Shown: positions 39,906 to 53,315 of the stretch, in pieces | Layout of the letters: each line of letters opens with the position of its first letter | Numbering within the stretch: the first letter of the stretch is position 1 | DNA from: Neoechinorhynchus agilis | Lineage: Eukaryota > Animalia > Acanthocephala | Assembly (NCBI GenBank): GCA_051530055.1 | Contig: CM121341.1 | Coordinates: forward strand, 14,424,784-14,488,783 | Reading direction: 5' to 3' | Length of the DNA: 64,000 nucleotides | Translations under genes and position numbers: made by a program | Notes under the pieces: model-generated | Told to the model about the DNA's origin: nothing | Databases searched by the model: none | What the model saw: only the letters and a program-made list of their open reading frames with translations

Positions 39906-40366
39906 TCCAACTTATGCAAGATTATCAATCTCTAAAGAACATGTCTCTCTTTCCCTTTTATTCTCAAAAGTAGAATATCTTTAAGAATAATTTTGCGCTG
40001 TCTTAATTCATCTTTATTTCCCTACTATATTTAAGACAATTTAAAATCCATTTTATTTCGTTCGAATTCAGAAAAGGCTAAAACTCTATACATCTCTGCA
40101 TAATTAACGCGATCCGTTGAATGTTTAAATTCAGTGGTTTCATTTTGTCCGAGTACGTTTTCAATGGGATGTATGCAATTTTTTGGACCATGATTGTATT
40201 TACGAATTTTTAAAGTTTTTTTGCATTAAATAAAAAAATTTCGCTGAATAGTTTTTAATTTTGAAAACGGCTTGTGCGCTTTATTTAAAGAAGGTGCTTA
40301 TGAATACTCTGTGCTTTCATTCCCATGTTCGTTCGAACCGCAAATTGACTGGATAATTTTAGATAG

Positions 40367-43300
40367 ATGACGGACAGTCCATCGATTGCCCGATACAACC
40401 AACATGAGCGAAAGAGCCGCCCTCCAATCGCCATGCACTTCTGTATTCCTTTTAGTGGATCATCGTCCAAATCACCATTCCGGTTCAATCTTGCTCAACT
40501 CGAAAAGAGCTTTAACAGTTTCTTTGGAAGCAGCACAGTGACAATGCTTACAATGATAATCGTTCAATCCTATATATCCGTAAAATCATTTATGTTGTCA
40601 TGTGTATACGGTATTCGGGCATGGCAAGATAGTCTCAACTCTACGTTTGCTACCAGGCGAGATTTGGACATGACTGGCCTTGGTGTTCACTGTGTTATAT
40701 GCCTAGTTGCGATTGTATGTGCATTCTTGACTCGGAGGCAACTGAGAAGTAAGGCAAAAAGTCGAGGTTTCGCTTTAGAATGCTCAGTCGTATCAGTAGT
40801 TTCATTCTACATCTCGTCCCTTCTGATTATTGGACGAGATGTCGGTTCTCATCCACTTGATTTCATCTTGATCCTCATGTGTTCCTGTTGGATCCCACAT
40901 GCTGAAAAATGGATCATTGGACTCGTAATCAAATCATTGGCAATCTTTACACTTTCCGTTTGCTTCACCTTCTTTGTTAAACAGGATGAACGGTTATCGG
41001 TCGCTTTAATCCTCCTGTCTTCGTCAATGCTTGCAATTTTGTACCACATGTACACCCAATGGGGAGCCAGAAACGCCTATTATCGAATTGGATATGCCCA
41101 ATATGATTCTGAACGAATTCGAAACGAAGGATTTCTGATTAAACGTCTTATAGATTCTATCATGCCAAGGAAAATCAGCGAACAAGTAATGCAGGACCTT
41201 GAGAAATTCAGAGCTAACCTCGGCGGTGGATTTAAGGCTACTCATACATCATTTAACCCTTCAACGAAAATCGAAGATGATGATGAACCAACCGAAGGAA
41301 CACCTCATGAAGACGACTTTAATAATCGGTTTAATGCGTCCCTAGAAGCTAAGCATAGTTTGATTCCTGATGTTGAACGCCCTTACGTTGTCCGACGGAT
41401 GCACAATGTGAGCATCTTATTCGCTGATATTGTCGGATTCACCAAGATGTCTTCTAACAAAACCGCAAAGGAGCTCGTAAATTTACTTGTAGATCTATAC
41501 GGACGATTTGATAGCTTGTGCACTTCGATGGGCTGCGAAAAGATTGCTACCCTTGGGGATTGTTACTACTGTGTAAGTGGTTGTCCGGATGAACGCGTGG
41601 ATCACGCTAACTCTTGCGTAAATATGGGACTAGCCATGATTGACACTATTCGAGTTTTTGACGAAGAAAGAGGCGAGCAAGTTCAGATGAGAGTCGGTGT
41701 TCACACAGGCAGCGTTAATTGCGGTGTTCTCGGAGTTCATAAGTTCAAATTCGATATTTTCTCTCATGATGTCACGTTGGCGAATCATTTGGAATCAACG
41801 GGAAAACCAGGTAAGGATGAAGTTTTCGCTTTGGCTCAATTTTCAAATTTCATTATTGCAAAAGGCTATGTTCATATATCCGAATGTACATTAAACAGTC
41901 TGGTAGAAGAAGCCGAATTAGTTGGACCCGCTCCGTACGCTTATAACATTCAGCAAGGCAATTCAGTTAATTTTCAGGGTCAAAGTAAGCATATTTTGTC
42001 CATTTTCTCTCTTTTAACAGAAAAATGCCTATTAAACAGCTTATCAAACATTTTTGATTTCATCGTCAAAAACAACCACAACCGAAACTATTCCGCTTCC
42101 TACGCAGATTACACAGGAGTCTCAGTGCATTGAGGTAGATGTTGTTATCACGTTGTTGTTCTCACTTCTACTTCTTGAACTAAGAAAATTTTTATTATTT
42201 CAACACGTTAAAATTTCATAAAAGTTCCAATGGAAACTGCGAAACATCTTTATCCTCCATTAGCTCTTCTGGTTGGCTGCCCTGTGATCCTTTGTTGTTA
42301 TGACTTACCATTTTCCAACCTTGGTTAAAAATTCTGCGGTGCTTGGGACGATGGCACCAATTTTCTCAATGGCGAGAGAGGTTGGAAAATGTTGATCGAC
42401 GGACCGAGGCATTTGTATTTTGCCTTTTTCGGTCTTCCGCCCTTTTTCAAACCCTTTAAAACTTTTGTTTAAGTTTCCCACAAGTTCTGGAATAAACTTG
42501 ATAATTATTATATTTGTGTCGTTTAAATCCCATAAAAGTCATAAGTTATAAAATTAAATGTCAACGGAGTGGAAAAGTAAAAAATGATTATCAAAAGTTC
42601 CGTATAAACGCATTGCCTGCATTCGTAAGACGAAATTGTGACCCTAGAAACGTTCATCTTAGGCGAATAGCATGCCATGGGTGTGCATTTACTTAACAAA
42701 CTTACAATTTAATGCCTTATAAAAGCGTCTTCTAAAATATCATTTCGTCTTTGAATTTGCTCTTACTTTAGGAAACGGAGAAACTGGTAACGTATGAGGA
42801 TTTCAACGATCCTGGTAAGCCACTACTAAATCGAGTTGGTAGCCACGACAGCGGTGCTGCTGTGGCTCTAGTACAGGGGTTCTTTTTGCTGGCGGGTTCG
42901 ATTTGAGAATAAGATTTCCTGTTGTATTGGACGTTATTAAACCTACTCCGGCTGAACTCGTTAGTGCAGTCGAGATGGGTCAAAAGATCGATACGCTTCT
43001 CATGAATGAACACGACTTAATAGATGATAAAAGGAGACAAGCCGAGGTTGACAAAAAGGTTTATGAGTGTTTACATCAAACACGTACTTTCAAGTATTCG
43101 AAAAAGCTAGACGATGTGAAATCCACCTGTAGTCAGAGTTCATCAAGGTCGATTGCTGCTCAGAGTAGTCATATCAATTATTTACAATCTTGCCGTAAGC
43201 GTCTTTCGCCCATGATGTTGCGATTTCGGCGAGATAATGCCACTGAATCCGAAGGCGATGACAGTGATTATGAAGAGAAGTATAGGCGAGACGGTTTTTG

Positions 43301-45430
43301 GCGATCGGGGAGATCTCATGTCGACCGATCTTATCTAAACCTATCACAATCATCAGTTGGATCATCTACAGTTCATGCTTTATTCCTTTGTGTTCACCTC
43401 ACCGCCGTCATTGGATCCGTGATTCTCCAATTAAATAACAAATCAGCTAGAAGAAGTGTAATTCTTAGTTTTACGACTATACTAACAGTGGAATACATTA
43501 TGCTTTTACTCTTATCGATTGTAACAATAATTCACGCTCGATCGAATCGACTTCCTTGCGCACATGCAATGCGACCGTGGATTCAACCGTTCATTTCTGC
43601 AATATTCCTCGCATGTCCTCTACTCACGGCATTGGTTATATGCCTTATTGGATCTCATAATTCTCCATTCTTCCTTTCGCTCACTAGTGCTGCATTATCC
43701 CTCCAACTCATATCCGTACCAGGAGGTCATAGTGTGATTAATGCACGTTGGCTTAAGACTAAGAGATTCTAGACTGTCGGCTATGAATCCATAGAATCCC
43801 TTTGTTATACCCGCTCAATCATTATATTTGCTGTATATCTGATGTTCTTAATCCCCACGATTTTAAGGAAACACAAACAAGTGGCCTTTACAGTAGAACT
43901 TGTCGGAACTGCTAGTCTATTTCTGGGTTATCTTATTCTGTTTACAAGGCAAAATGAAGTTACCCAGCGGACCTATGTCTTTACTCGTGCTCAACAAACA
44001 TCGCAACGACAGGCAAGTGCGTCGGAAAAAGAACGAGCCGATTGGTTGCTCAGAAATGTTATACCCGCTTTCGTTATTGGTCCTCTTATGATGAATAAGC
44101 ATTATGCTCGAGATTATGATACCGTCGGAGTCGCATTTATTACTTTAACAAACTATCTAAACCATTCTGTCCTCATCAACTTTAATCACGGATCTGACGA
44201 CGGCACCTTTTAGTCCTTTAAATATCTACTTTTAAGTATATATTTGATACATTGCGATGATGCTGCCCGCTAGTTGCCATTATCAGTTCATAGTGTCGAT
44301 AATCAATCTTTTTGTAGAAATATTCGATTCCCTGTAGTATTTTATTAAATTCCTCTTCCACGTTGCAATATTTCAAGTTGCCCGAATAACACTATATAAC
44401 TACTCTATTTTCCGTCTCGTTAAAATTATAACAAAGAATTTCCTCCTTAATCGACGCAAACTAATTGTTCAATTCTAGTCTTTCAAATATGTGATTACAA
44501 TTTCGATAAGTATCTTCAGAATCCGAAATTCGCTTATTGATTATCTAAATAATTATAGATAACGACACATACAGTTGGCAATTTTCAATTTGTGCCGCGA
44601 CCAGAAACCACTAGTCTCATAATGATGGTAATTTCAAGTTCTCCATTTACGTTAAAGCAAAAAAAATCCAAAAAGTATTTACCTTTTGGGCCGAGAAACT
44701 TTTATTACAATCGGTATGCGGCCTAAAAAATTTAATTTTCACCTTTAGTAAAATTAAATTTGTTCGGGTGACGAAATTTCGAGAGTTAAAAAGTTTAAAA
44801 ATGCGATAGCTGAAACCCTTTTTTGATTTAGATTTCTACAATTGACAAGGACGGGTTGGGATAAGCGAGCTCTATGAGGAACAATTTGAGGGCGGTCAAT
44901 TCTACGGCCGCGTGTTAAATGAGCTTTTTGCGGACGTCGATGCGTGTCTAACAGATAGTCAATCCCTGTTCAGTAAACATTTGGAGAAAATAAAAACTAT
45001 TGGTCCCACCTATATGGTTGCAAGTGGACTTAGTCCACATTCAATCGAACCTGTGAACAGAGGAACGCCGAATACCGTGCCAGAACATGTTGTAACTCTA
45101 CTGGACTTTGTCTTTGCCTTCAAACGAATCGCTGACAGGTTCTCGGAAGATTTATTTAACTTTAATTTTGTTGTCCGGGCAGGATTTAATTACGGTCCAT
45201 TAACGGCTGGTGTTCTTGGAACTCAAAGACTCTCGTACGATATCTGGGGCGATACCGTGAATGTAGCTAGCCGGATGGACTCAAAAGGAGTAGAAAATCG
45301 TGTTCAAGTCGCAGCTCATGTCGCTTCTGCTCTACAGTATCCGTCAACGAAGTACACTTTTACAAGAAGAGGACGAATTTTCATTAAAGGAAAAGACATG
45401 ATGGACGTTTTCCTTGTAGATGAACCATAG
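40367..45430 (+). CDS. ADCY9: Transmembrane adenylate cyclase, type 9-like
   Basis: C1: [20 protein letters not shown]...[17 protein letters not shown]...[18 protein letters not shown] and YEEQFEGG are type-9 signatures. C2: [21 protein letters not shown] (ATP-specifying K and D, catalytic N and R kept). About 7 exons; junctions near 42800 and 44200-44870 are ambiguous. Confidence 0.93.
42239..42391 (+). repeat. Dispersed structured repeat, copy 2 (in ADCY9 intron)
   Basis: Homologous to 13030-13210 (minus); 13-bp stem 42309-42321/42379-42391. Confidence 0.85.
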
Positions 45431-46423
45431 CAAAAGAAAACTTATGAATGACATGCATTCCGTTTAGGAAAAATCACCTTTGTTTGCGCTCTAACAGTGA
45501 ATTATTGCTCCTAAACAGAGAAAATTACGCAAACATTGAAGATTGTTAAGCTAAAAAGTTTTCGTATTTTTAATGTGTTTCATGACGTCCGAATCGATTT
45601 ATAAAAATGACATCTTGGCGCGGGGATTTTTTCGATTGTCGTTATCTCAGCACTTTATGAGATTGAAACGAAATGTTTTATTTAGGATCAATATTTCGGA
45701 ATTTTACTCTGTGGTCCGGGTCCTCCAAAACACACACTATTGTATAAATATTTTATTCGCGTTTCAATTGCGTAAAGTTTTCAAATACGACAATAGAAAA
45801 GAAAACATGTGATTTAGAAATCTATCGACAATCCACCAATTAATAGTGATTGTATAGAGGGGCTATGTCCAATTTTTGACGTCTTAATGCATTAGATATT
45901 CAAAAAAATGTTTGCTCATATTTGCTAAATCAGAAAATTCGGCTTGATTTGGAATTGCTGATAAAATCTTCAGAGACTAAGAACAACTTCAACGGATGGC
46001 TTGCTTACATTGCACTAAAGAACGATAATATGCGCCTTCAAGCAAAGGCAATTAATATAGTGTTTTGAGATTGAAGTTTGAATTATCGCGCCATGATTTT
46101 TGTTTTGCGCTAAACGCATTTTGCTTGTTAAATTCCGCGACAAAAACGCTTAGACGTGTCACCCCGAAGACTTAGTTATTAAAACAAACGGAAATAATGA
46201 TACGTTTTCGTTTTTTCGCTTATTTTACCACCTTCTGACTTTGCCTCCAACAAATCTACCAATTCTACGAGTTGCACTTGCGAGATTGTGAAACGTCAAA
46301 GACTTGTAATGCTACACATTAAGCCGTCAATTCTCTTCCTCTTCAATGTAGAGTATCTATCTCCTTACCATGAAATATTAAAAGTATGAGGTAGTGTAAT
46401 GAGGACGGATTTGAGTTAGAAAG

Positions 46424-46990
46424 ATGCCGATATATTTTATGGGCATATTCCGTCGAATCCTGAAGAGGCTTTGTGGTGAAGACGTTAATGTGATTGATGT
46501 GAGTACACGAGAGTTTGTTTAGTAAATAACTTATTGTTTTTCACTTCAATTGATTTAGGCCACCGCCAATGTAGATGAAATGATTCCCGGTCCAGGATGT
46601 TGTGTGTGCAGTTCACAGTCGGTGAGTACCATCATTGTCGTTGTTCATGCACGTTTCTACGAATACGTTCAATTTCCTTTCAATTTCGCTCCGCGGTTGA
46701 ATCAAATTGGGTCATAATGAACGGCGCTTCTCCTTCCCTAAAATGTGAATAATTCTAGCATTCGCAAAAGTTCGAATCATGTAGGAATAGCTAAAAAAAC
46801 CTACCACATGAGAACGAAATGAATAAGACATCAGAGTCAAGTACAGTACTTGTCATTCCGTGAAAGTTCCACACATTTGTGAGAAATACAATCATCGTAG
46901 GAGGAACGAAGGCAATATATAGCTCCTAAAATTCTCTTATATTTTTATGAAAGAAGAACTCACATCTTCGCCATCATGCCCCCGCAGTAA
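46424..46990 (+). CDS. Candidate small orphan gene (MPIYFMGIFRRILKRLCG...PGCCVCSSQS...)
   Basis: Exons 46424-46498 and 46559-46621 both end in phase-0 GTGAGT donors, with a 60-nt intron ending TTTAG. The third exon (46901-46990) is tentative. Confidence 0.45.
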
Positions 46991-48642
46991 TTGAACTATC
47001 TCTACGAGATTGATCACAATAAAATTATCGACATGAATCAAAGAAATCGACAACGGCAACCTCTGTTGTTCAATCAGCAGGTAAATGTTTTTCTTCAATA
47101 GTTTCATCAAAATGAAAAAGATCTAACCTACGGTGAATTCGATTTTTTTTGCTATGAGCCTATAAAAGTTTGGAGTGAACTCGGTATATTTGAGAGATTA
47201 TAGGATAGTGATTTTTATGACACAAATTTCAATCGGTGCAAATTGAGGCGAAGTATTTGTGGCCGATATAAATTAGATATTAAAATACGACAATGTTGAT
47301 GTTATTATGCATCACCTTTAGCATGACTTTGGATTGACTTTGAGATGCGTAATGGTTTTACATAACCGAAGATTCGAAATATATTCTTGTAGAAAAACGT
47401 TTGTCGTTCCAAAGTCTTCAGTTCGCAATTTTTTTGTGAACTTTACACCACACTAAGTAACACTACATCGAGAACTATTCTGGATTGCTGGAATATGCAA
47501 GTGGCTTCAGGGTATTTGAAAATGCAAGTGTGGTAATTTTCTTAACAAGCATTGGCACCATATAATGTGATGGTGGCAAACAGATCAGCTTTCGATGCCT
47601 AAATTAAAGAAGGAGATCTCTCTTTTTATAACATGGCTTTGGAGTGACTCAGGTAAAGATTGCTGTCTTAGGTTAACTTGCTTTTATCTAAAATAATTTT
47701 ATAGCCACCTTCAGTCTAACTCTAAGTATATAATTTATACTTACCTAAACGTGCTTACGGCACAATTTTGAAAAATTACTAGTCTTATTTGCTAAATGAA
47801 GTGTCTAGATTCTTTAGTCATTATGTGCTATTGAATTATATGGCCAAAACTCATTTACCCCATCGTCTATTTCGTCTACTTCACTAGTAAAGTGATTTTT
47901 CTAGCTGACTTCAACTGATTTAAAAAGGTCACGATAGTCCATATATTTTCAAGTTTAAAACAGCAGTTTAATTTTCTGAGACTTTATAGAGGAAGAGCTC
48001 ACTATTTATTTGGTAGGTCGACGCATTCAGACGCTTTTACTTCCCCGGACTTCAACAAACTCGTAGTATGGACGCGATGTACGATGCCTGGATACGCAAA
48101 CTTGATTCTCTTGCACTTGTTGGGCATAGGTCCGTAGATCAATATCCGGTAAGTGTGAGCATGATAGCTAAGTACCTTTGAGAATAGCATTTAACAAGTC
48201 CGTAAAGTTGAATTATGATGCTTGGAATCGATCATATGGTGTTTCTCGGATTCTGGGAGTAGTTAATGGATTTTGCAGGAAATATCATCAGAATAGTGCT
48301 TCTACCGCACGCGCTTTAGCTTCTAGCGAGTGTCATTTTCCTCATAGTTTCCTTGCTTTAGTAAATGAAAAACCCATGTACCGAGACTGTCGTTTGTCGT
48401 TTGAGGGAAAAAGATTAAGTCGATATCGCGATGATTGATTCATTTTTAATGATCTAAAAAACCGTTATTTAACACGTGCACATCATCTTCACAACAATCA
48501 GCTTTTTTCTATTAAATCAAACCGACCCGATAACCCCTCTTTCGTATAGTCCGAGCAAAAATGGAACCAAGGAACCGTGTTGTTTAAGCAAATGCTAGCA
48601 ATTAAAGGTCTTATTGGTTCACCGAAATCAAAACGATCTCCG

Positions 48643-49616
48643 ATGGGAAACGCGTGTTGTGGAAACATGTTAATGAAATCAAGTTCTGGTGGCGCACTTG
48701 CGATTTGCCCATACAGCCAGATCACAAAAAAGATATATTTAGGCGACGGGTATGTATTTCAAAAATCCTTTGAACGAAATCTTAAACTTTATGATGTTTT
48801 AGATACACCGCTCAACAAATCGTTACCCTAAAGAAGTTGGGCATTACCCACGTATTGAACGCCGCCTATGGTTACCAATTTGGGCAAGTCCATACTGGTC
48901 CAACTTATTACAGTGCTTCAAGTATTCGCTTCATGGGAATTCCTGCACTTGACAATAACACTTACGACATTTCTCAATATTTTTACTTTGCATCTGATTA
49001 TATCGATCGAGCGCTTAGGAGTGGAGGTCAGTACATACCCCTAAAATGACGAACTAAATGTACTCGAAAAATTTCGAAATTCAAATTTATGACTGGGAAA
49101 GAGTCGAACACGTGAAATTTAATTAATAAGATTAATTGCTCCGATTCCAAAAAGTCTTTTACTTAGTCTCATCGTTGCACTTTATAATCACCATTTGGCC
49201 AGCCATGAGAAAGCATTGGGCGCACAAAAATAAGTGGTAATCATATGACCCTTGAAATGTGTTCCTGGCAAGGGTAACTTTAGCGGGCAGTGTATTTTTG
49301 ATGGAAAAATACTGGTTGCTCAATAAATGTATAATTTTAAAGTTTTGAATTCGAAATTTGCAAGCAATTTTTATTCGTTTATTCAGGATGTATTTACATT
49401 CACTGTCGAGCTGGAGTAAGCCGATCGGCCACGATTTTGATTGCTTATTTTATGATAAAGAGAGGAATGACTCTAGAGAACGCGGCGAATCTTGTTAAAT
49501 CGAGACGACAGATCTCTCCGAATGATAGTTTCCTCATGCAGCTTTGTCGCCTAGACCGAGAGCTGAAATCTCGAGGAGGTATGGTTCAAACGAGATCATA
49601 CAATTACTCTATATAA
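48643..49616 (+). CDS. Atypical dual-specificity phosphatase (DUSP3/13/26-like)
   Basis: Exons 48643-48749, 48803-49026, 49387-49616. Motifs IYLGD, GITHVLNAA, ALD..TYDISQYF, HCRAGVSRSAT, IAYFM and PNDSFL.QL. Confidence 0.93.
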
Positions 49617-50496
49617 TGAGCTTTGGTGTTTTAGCTGATCAACGGTAGTAGCCCAACAATTTATTGTACAAACAATTAAAACAACCTGTAACCAAGAGAC
49701 TAGTGAGAAATCGTTAGTGACCGTTCTACACTCGATGAAAAGTGAAAAGTATTTGCCCAATGAAATAAATATGCTTCTCACTTTCACTACTCATGATCAT
49801 AATTTTTAAATTTGTTTTTCAGCAGTCAACTTAATTGTAGGATTGTTTAACGTGGAGTTTCAAGGCTTGCATAAGAGTTCGAAAAATATCGAGATTAACA
49901 AGTTACGCAATCTATAGAGCACTTAAGAACATTCTTGTGAGCTATCACTGCAAGTGAAATTGTCTTGAAAAGTATACTTAAGATTCTCTGGATCGAGTAT
50001 CTACGCCTAAAAGACTAATTGATTGAAGGAAATCTCTTTAACTGAAGGGAGGCAATATCGCTCCAAAATGTTAGATATCGTTTTAGTTCCAAAAACCCGC
50101 TGGTTGGGTATTTAGATCCTTACTTGAATCTTGCTTAATTCGGTAATTCTATTGTGACTTTCTTATTAAATGTTCCACCAAAGGTGTTCAACAACTTTTT
50201 TGTTCAAGCTCCCCATATTGCCGCTGATTTTAACTCCTAATGGTCTTTTTGCTCGATATTATGTTGCCAAAATTGTTAAAATGTTTATAATACTCATATT
50301 TATCTTGACCGGGATATTTTGATTGCCAACTGAATCTTCAGTCGAGAGAAGATGAGCAATGATAGCGTTTTATTTTCGAATGGCAAAAGCAATTTTTTGA
50401 ATTATTTGGAGTCGCCGCGGGATTTTTGGGCATACTTCCGCCTTAAAGGTTTATTCACATAAAAAATTATGCTTAACAATAATCAATTTAACACAG

Positions 50497-51387
50497 TTAC
50501 AGTATAGATTTTGGTATGGGTCTACCAATACAGTTGTGGCCTCTCCTTAGACTGCAATCTAGAGGCCAATACCAATGGTTATACCTGATCTTCAGGTAAT
50601 CATAGACTTTCGCAGGTCCTTGCGGATATCGGCCTTCAAAGTATATCGTCTTAGTAGGAAAAATTACCGATTTGTCATAAATTCTATTTGCGTACTGCGT
50701 ATCAATGATTGATCCCCGATCAATAAACCAAAAAATATCAACCGACAATCGATTTTTCTTACTTACCTGCACATGAGTTTGCTTTCTATAACGAACATCC
50801 TTAACATATCGCCCTTTCCGTTCAAGAATCGGTTTAGCCACTTGCATAAAGTAATCGTACTGCGACAGATCAACGATAAAATCGATATCATCGTCATAAG
50901 GAATTTGAGTACCGTTGTCCCGATAAGCAGCCAATACACCTCCTCCGTAAAGACTGTACGTAAATCCGAAGCGTTCAAGCAATCGGTAGACATTTCGATA
51001 CGCCGAAACCAAATTCCTTCTGCAACAAGGTGGTAAATTTATTCTGATATTGTATGTTGTGTCGAAATAAGCTCTTTCTTTACATCGACGAGTATTTCTG
51101 TTACATCCCTGATATTTCTTCTTCCCATTTCCATAATCAATTAGTCTTACAAGCTTGCGATCATGCGACAGTTGATTAAAGTTTCCTTGAGCGTCCACAA
51201 ATCTGGCTTTTGAGGTGTCCACTCTCTGATTGGTTCTGAAGAGGGTATAGTTCGCTCGATCATAATACCACCTACATTCGCACAGTCCTGCTAGGAAGAA
51301 GAAAATCATCATTCTCCTTTTGCAAACTCTGTCGCTGCGAAGACTTGGTGTATTCTTGGAGAAATGTCGTTCAGAAGGCCTTTCCAA
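50497..51387 (-). CDS. LicD/FKRP-like nucleotidyltransferase-fold phosphotransferase, intronless
   Basis: PPCCRRNL...FTYSLYGGGVLAAYR...IPYDDDIDF...VDIFWF...IFPTKTI.FEG. The probable true start is MMIFFFLAGLCEC (~51312), a signal peptide. Confidence 0.88.
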   Translation of the reverse strand: MERPSERHFSKNTPSLRSDRVCKRRMMIFFFLAGLCECRWYYDRANYTLFRTNQRVDTSKARFVDAQGNFNQLSHDRKLVRLIDYGNGKKKYQGCNRNTRRCKERAYFDTTYNIRINLPPCCRRNLVSAYRNVYRLLERFGFTYSLYGGGVLAAYRDNGTQIPYDDDIDFIVDLSQYDYFMQVAKPILERKGRYVKDVRYRKQTHVQVSKKNRLSVDIFWFIDRGSIIDTQYANRIYDKSVIFPTKTIYFEGRYPQGPAKVYDYLKIRYNHWYWPLDCSLRRGHNCIGRPIPKSIL

Positions 51388-51619
51388 GAGTGCAACTTGA
51401 GCTCAACAATGGCGTCCACGCACATACTAACAAAGGTTGTCATGGATACAATGACAAAATCGCGGAAATGCTTCGATATCTTTAGAAATAATGCTTAGAG
51501 ATATTTAATAAAAACGGACAAAAGACTAATGTGTTAATAAAGCAAAAAATGATATATTTCGACGAATTATGCATTGGAAAGATTGAGCTATTAATCTCAC
51601 TGTACTGTCGGTACCGACG

Positions 51620-52087
51620 AGCAAATCCAAGTCAATGGTTGCAAACAATCAGTTCGGGACCCATTCCTGCTAGCGAGTTCATAACTCTTTAATTTCAGAT
51701 TCTCATGACTTCGTGAACCGAACTCGATTGGCGACAGTTTCTACAAGAGAATCCGGTGCTTGTCTCAACGCTATCCCAATCGTTTCTGTGGGTACCCTTC
51801 TCTCCGACGCGACAGTTAGGATTGCAATGTTCCTGAGACTTGGGGTAGCGATGTGCACATCCCATCGCTGCCGTTGTGGAGCGACCGTGGAACGATCGGG
51901 ACGCCATGGTCAAGGTACTCACGAAACGCAGAAATGAACGAGACGAATCACTGAAGATATGAGGGCAGGAAAATTAATCCTGCAAAACATAAGCCTGGCT
52001 CTCCAACGGGAAAGGAACTCCGCATTCGTCTTTTCGACCGTTACACCAGGTCGACAGCTGAGTGATCCAGAGCGGTGGTGTGAATAT
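51620..52087 (+). mobile_element. CRE-clade element, internally deleted copy G
   Basis: GACLNAIPIVSVGTLLSDATVRIAMFLRLG..CTSHRCRCG, then ILQNISLALQR...STVTPGRQLSDPERWCE. Confidence 0.85.
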
Positions 52088-53315
52088 TATAACTTGTTAT
52101 ATAAATTTCATCTTTCTAAAAAAAATTATAGGATACTTAATTTTTAGTAAAATCATAAATTCTATATAGCGAATTGTATTCTGGCAGTTTTTATTATCGA
52201 GGACGCATCTCATAGCGCGCTCAATTTCGTCATTAAAATACTTTTCACTTTCAATGGTGTCATCGAACTCGGTCTTTAAGTTTTCTGCAAAAAACAAAAT
52301 TGAAATCTGTTTTTTTGCGAAAAGTTGTATGGTCTTCATCTATCGCAATCAAAATTAAATTGCATCTACTCTGATGAAGACGAAGAAAGGAAAACGCTTT
52401 TATGGATTTAATACGGAGGATTGATAAATTCTTGTACTATCAATCATTTCATACACGATAACCTATGGGATATCTATAAATCGGATATAGTGATTGCATC
52501 CAATTACTCTAAGCTTTAAATCAGCGATACAATTATATCTTAAGGTCTTCTAGAAAGCTCAAATGATTCTAAGATCATTCGCAATTTTGCTGAAGGATTG
52601 ACTAATTTGCTTAATGCACGGGAGACGACAATCACTCTACATTGTCCGTTTAAATTGTCCCTGCGAATCTTAGTAAGTCATAGGATATCACCAATATAAC
52701 CGAGGCCTTCATGGAATCCTTCACACAAGTCTAGTTGTTGTTCATTTCAGTTTTACATTCAATTTGTCATTAAATCTTGAAATCAGGCTAAATACGGCAG
52801 GTTCTAGGCTATTCGTTGCAATCAATGAACCTATAAATCTTCATAAAAAAATTCCCATCAGCCAACATTGAATATTGTGATTTCAGCAAAGACGTTAAAA
52901 TTCCTTTAACTGATCCCTCAAATAAGCTTCTAATTTTCAATCAAACACATTAATTTAGGCTAAAGAGAGCGATTTGAATTTTTTAAATTTGCCAGCGTTC
53001 TATGATCCAAAAAATTCATTGATCCTTTCATTTTAAAAGTGTTCACTCTAGAAGTAATAAGTCACACTTAGTGAAAGTTAATGCAGTATCTTCGTTCCGA
53101 CAAACTAAAATGCATCCATTAACCCCATCGTTTTTGAGGTCACCACATACCAACCACTCCCTTACAACTGCTCGCGTCCGTGAATGAAGTTTACGAGCAT
53201 GTTACCTGTCTCCTACTCATTAGTCTTCAAGTAAATATCTTCTGAAAAGGTCAAAGCGTCACATCCTCTCTTTCTTTTCATTAAAAGTGCCCCTGTCTCG
53301 TTCCCTCGATTGAGA

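Noticed and set aside
44490-44525. Minus-strand CTGAAGA...GAAA string in an ADCY9 intron
   Set aside because: Stems I and II cannot form in the required register.
44150-44880. Apparent break in the ADCY9 C2 domain (stop at 44213)
   Set aside because: At least two GT-AG splice solutions restore the frame, so it cannot be called a lesion without RNA data.
48067-48438. Possible two-exon ORF with a repeated YDAWxR word upstream of the DUSP
   Set aside because: One plausible intron but no homology or other support; too speculative to list as a gene.
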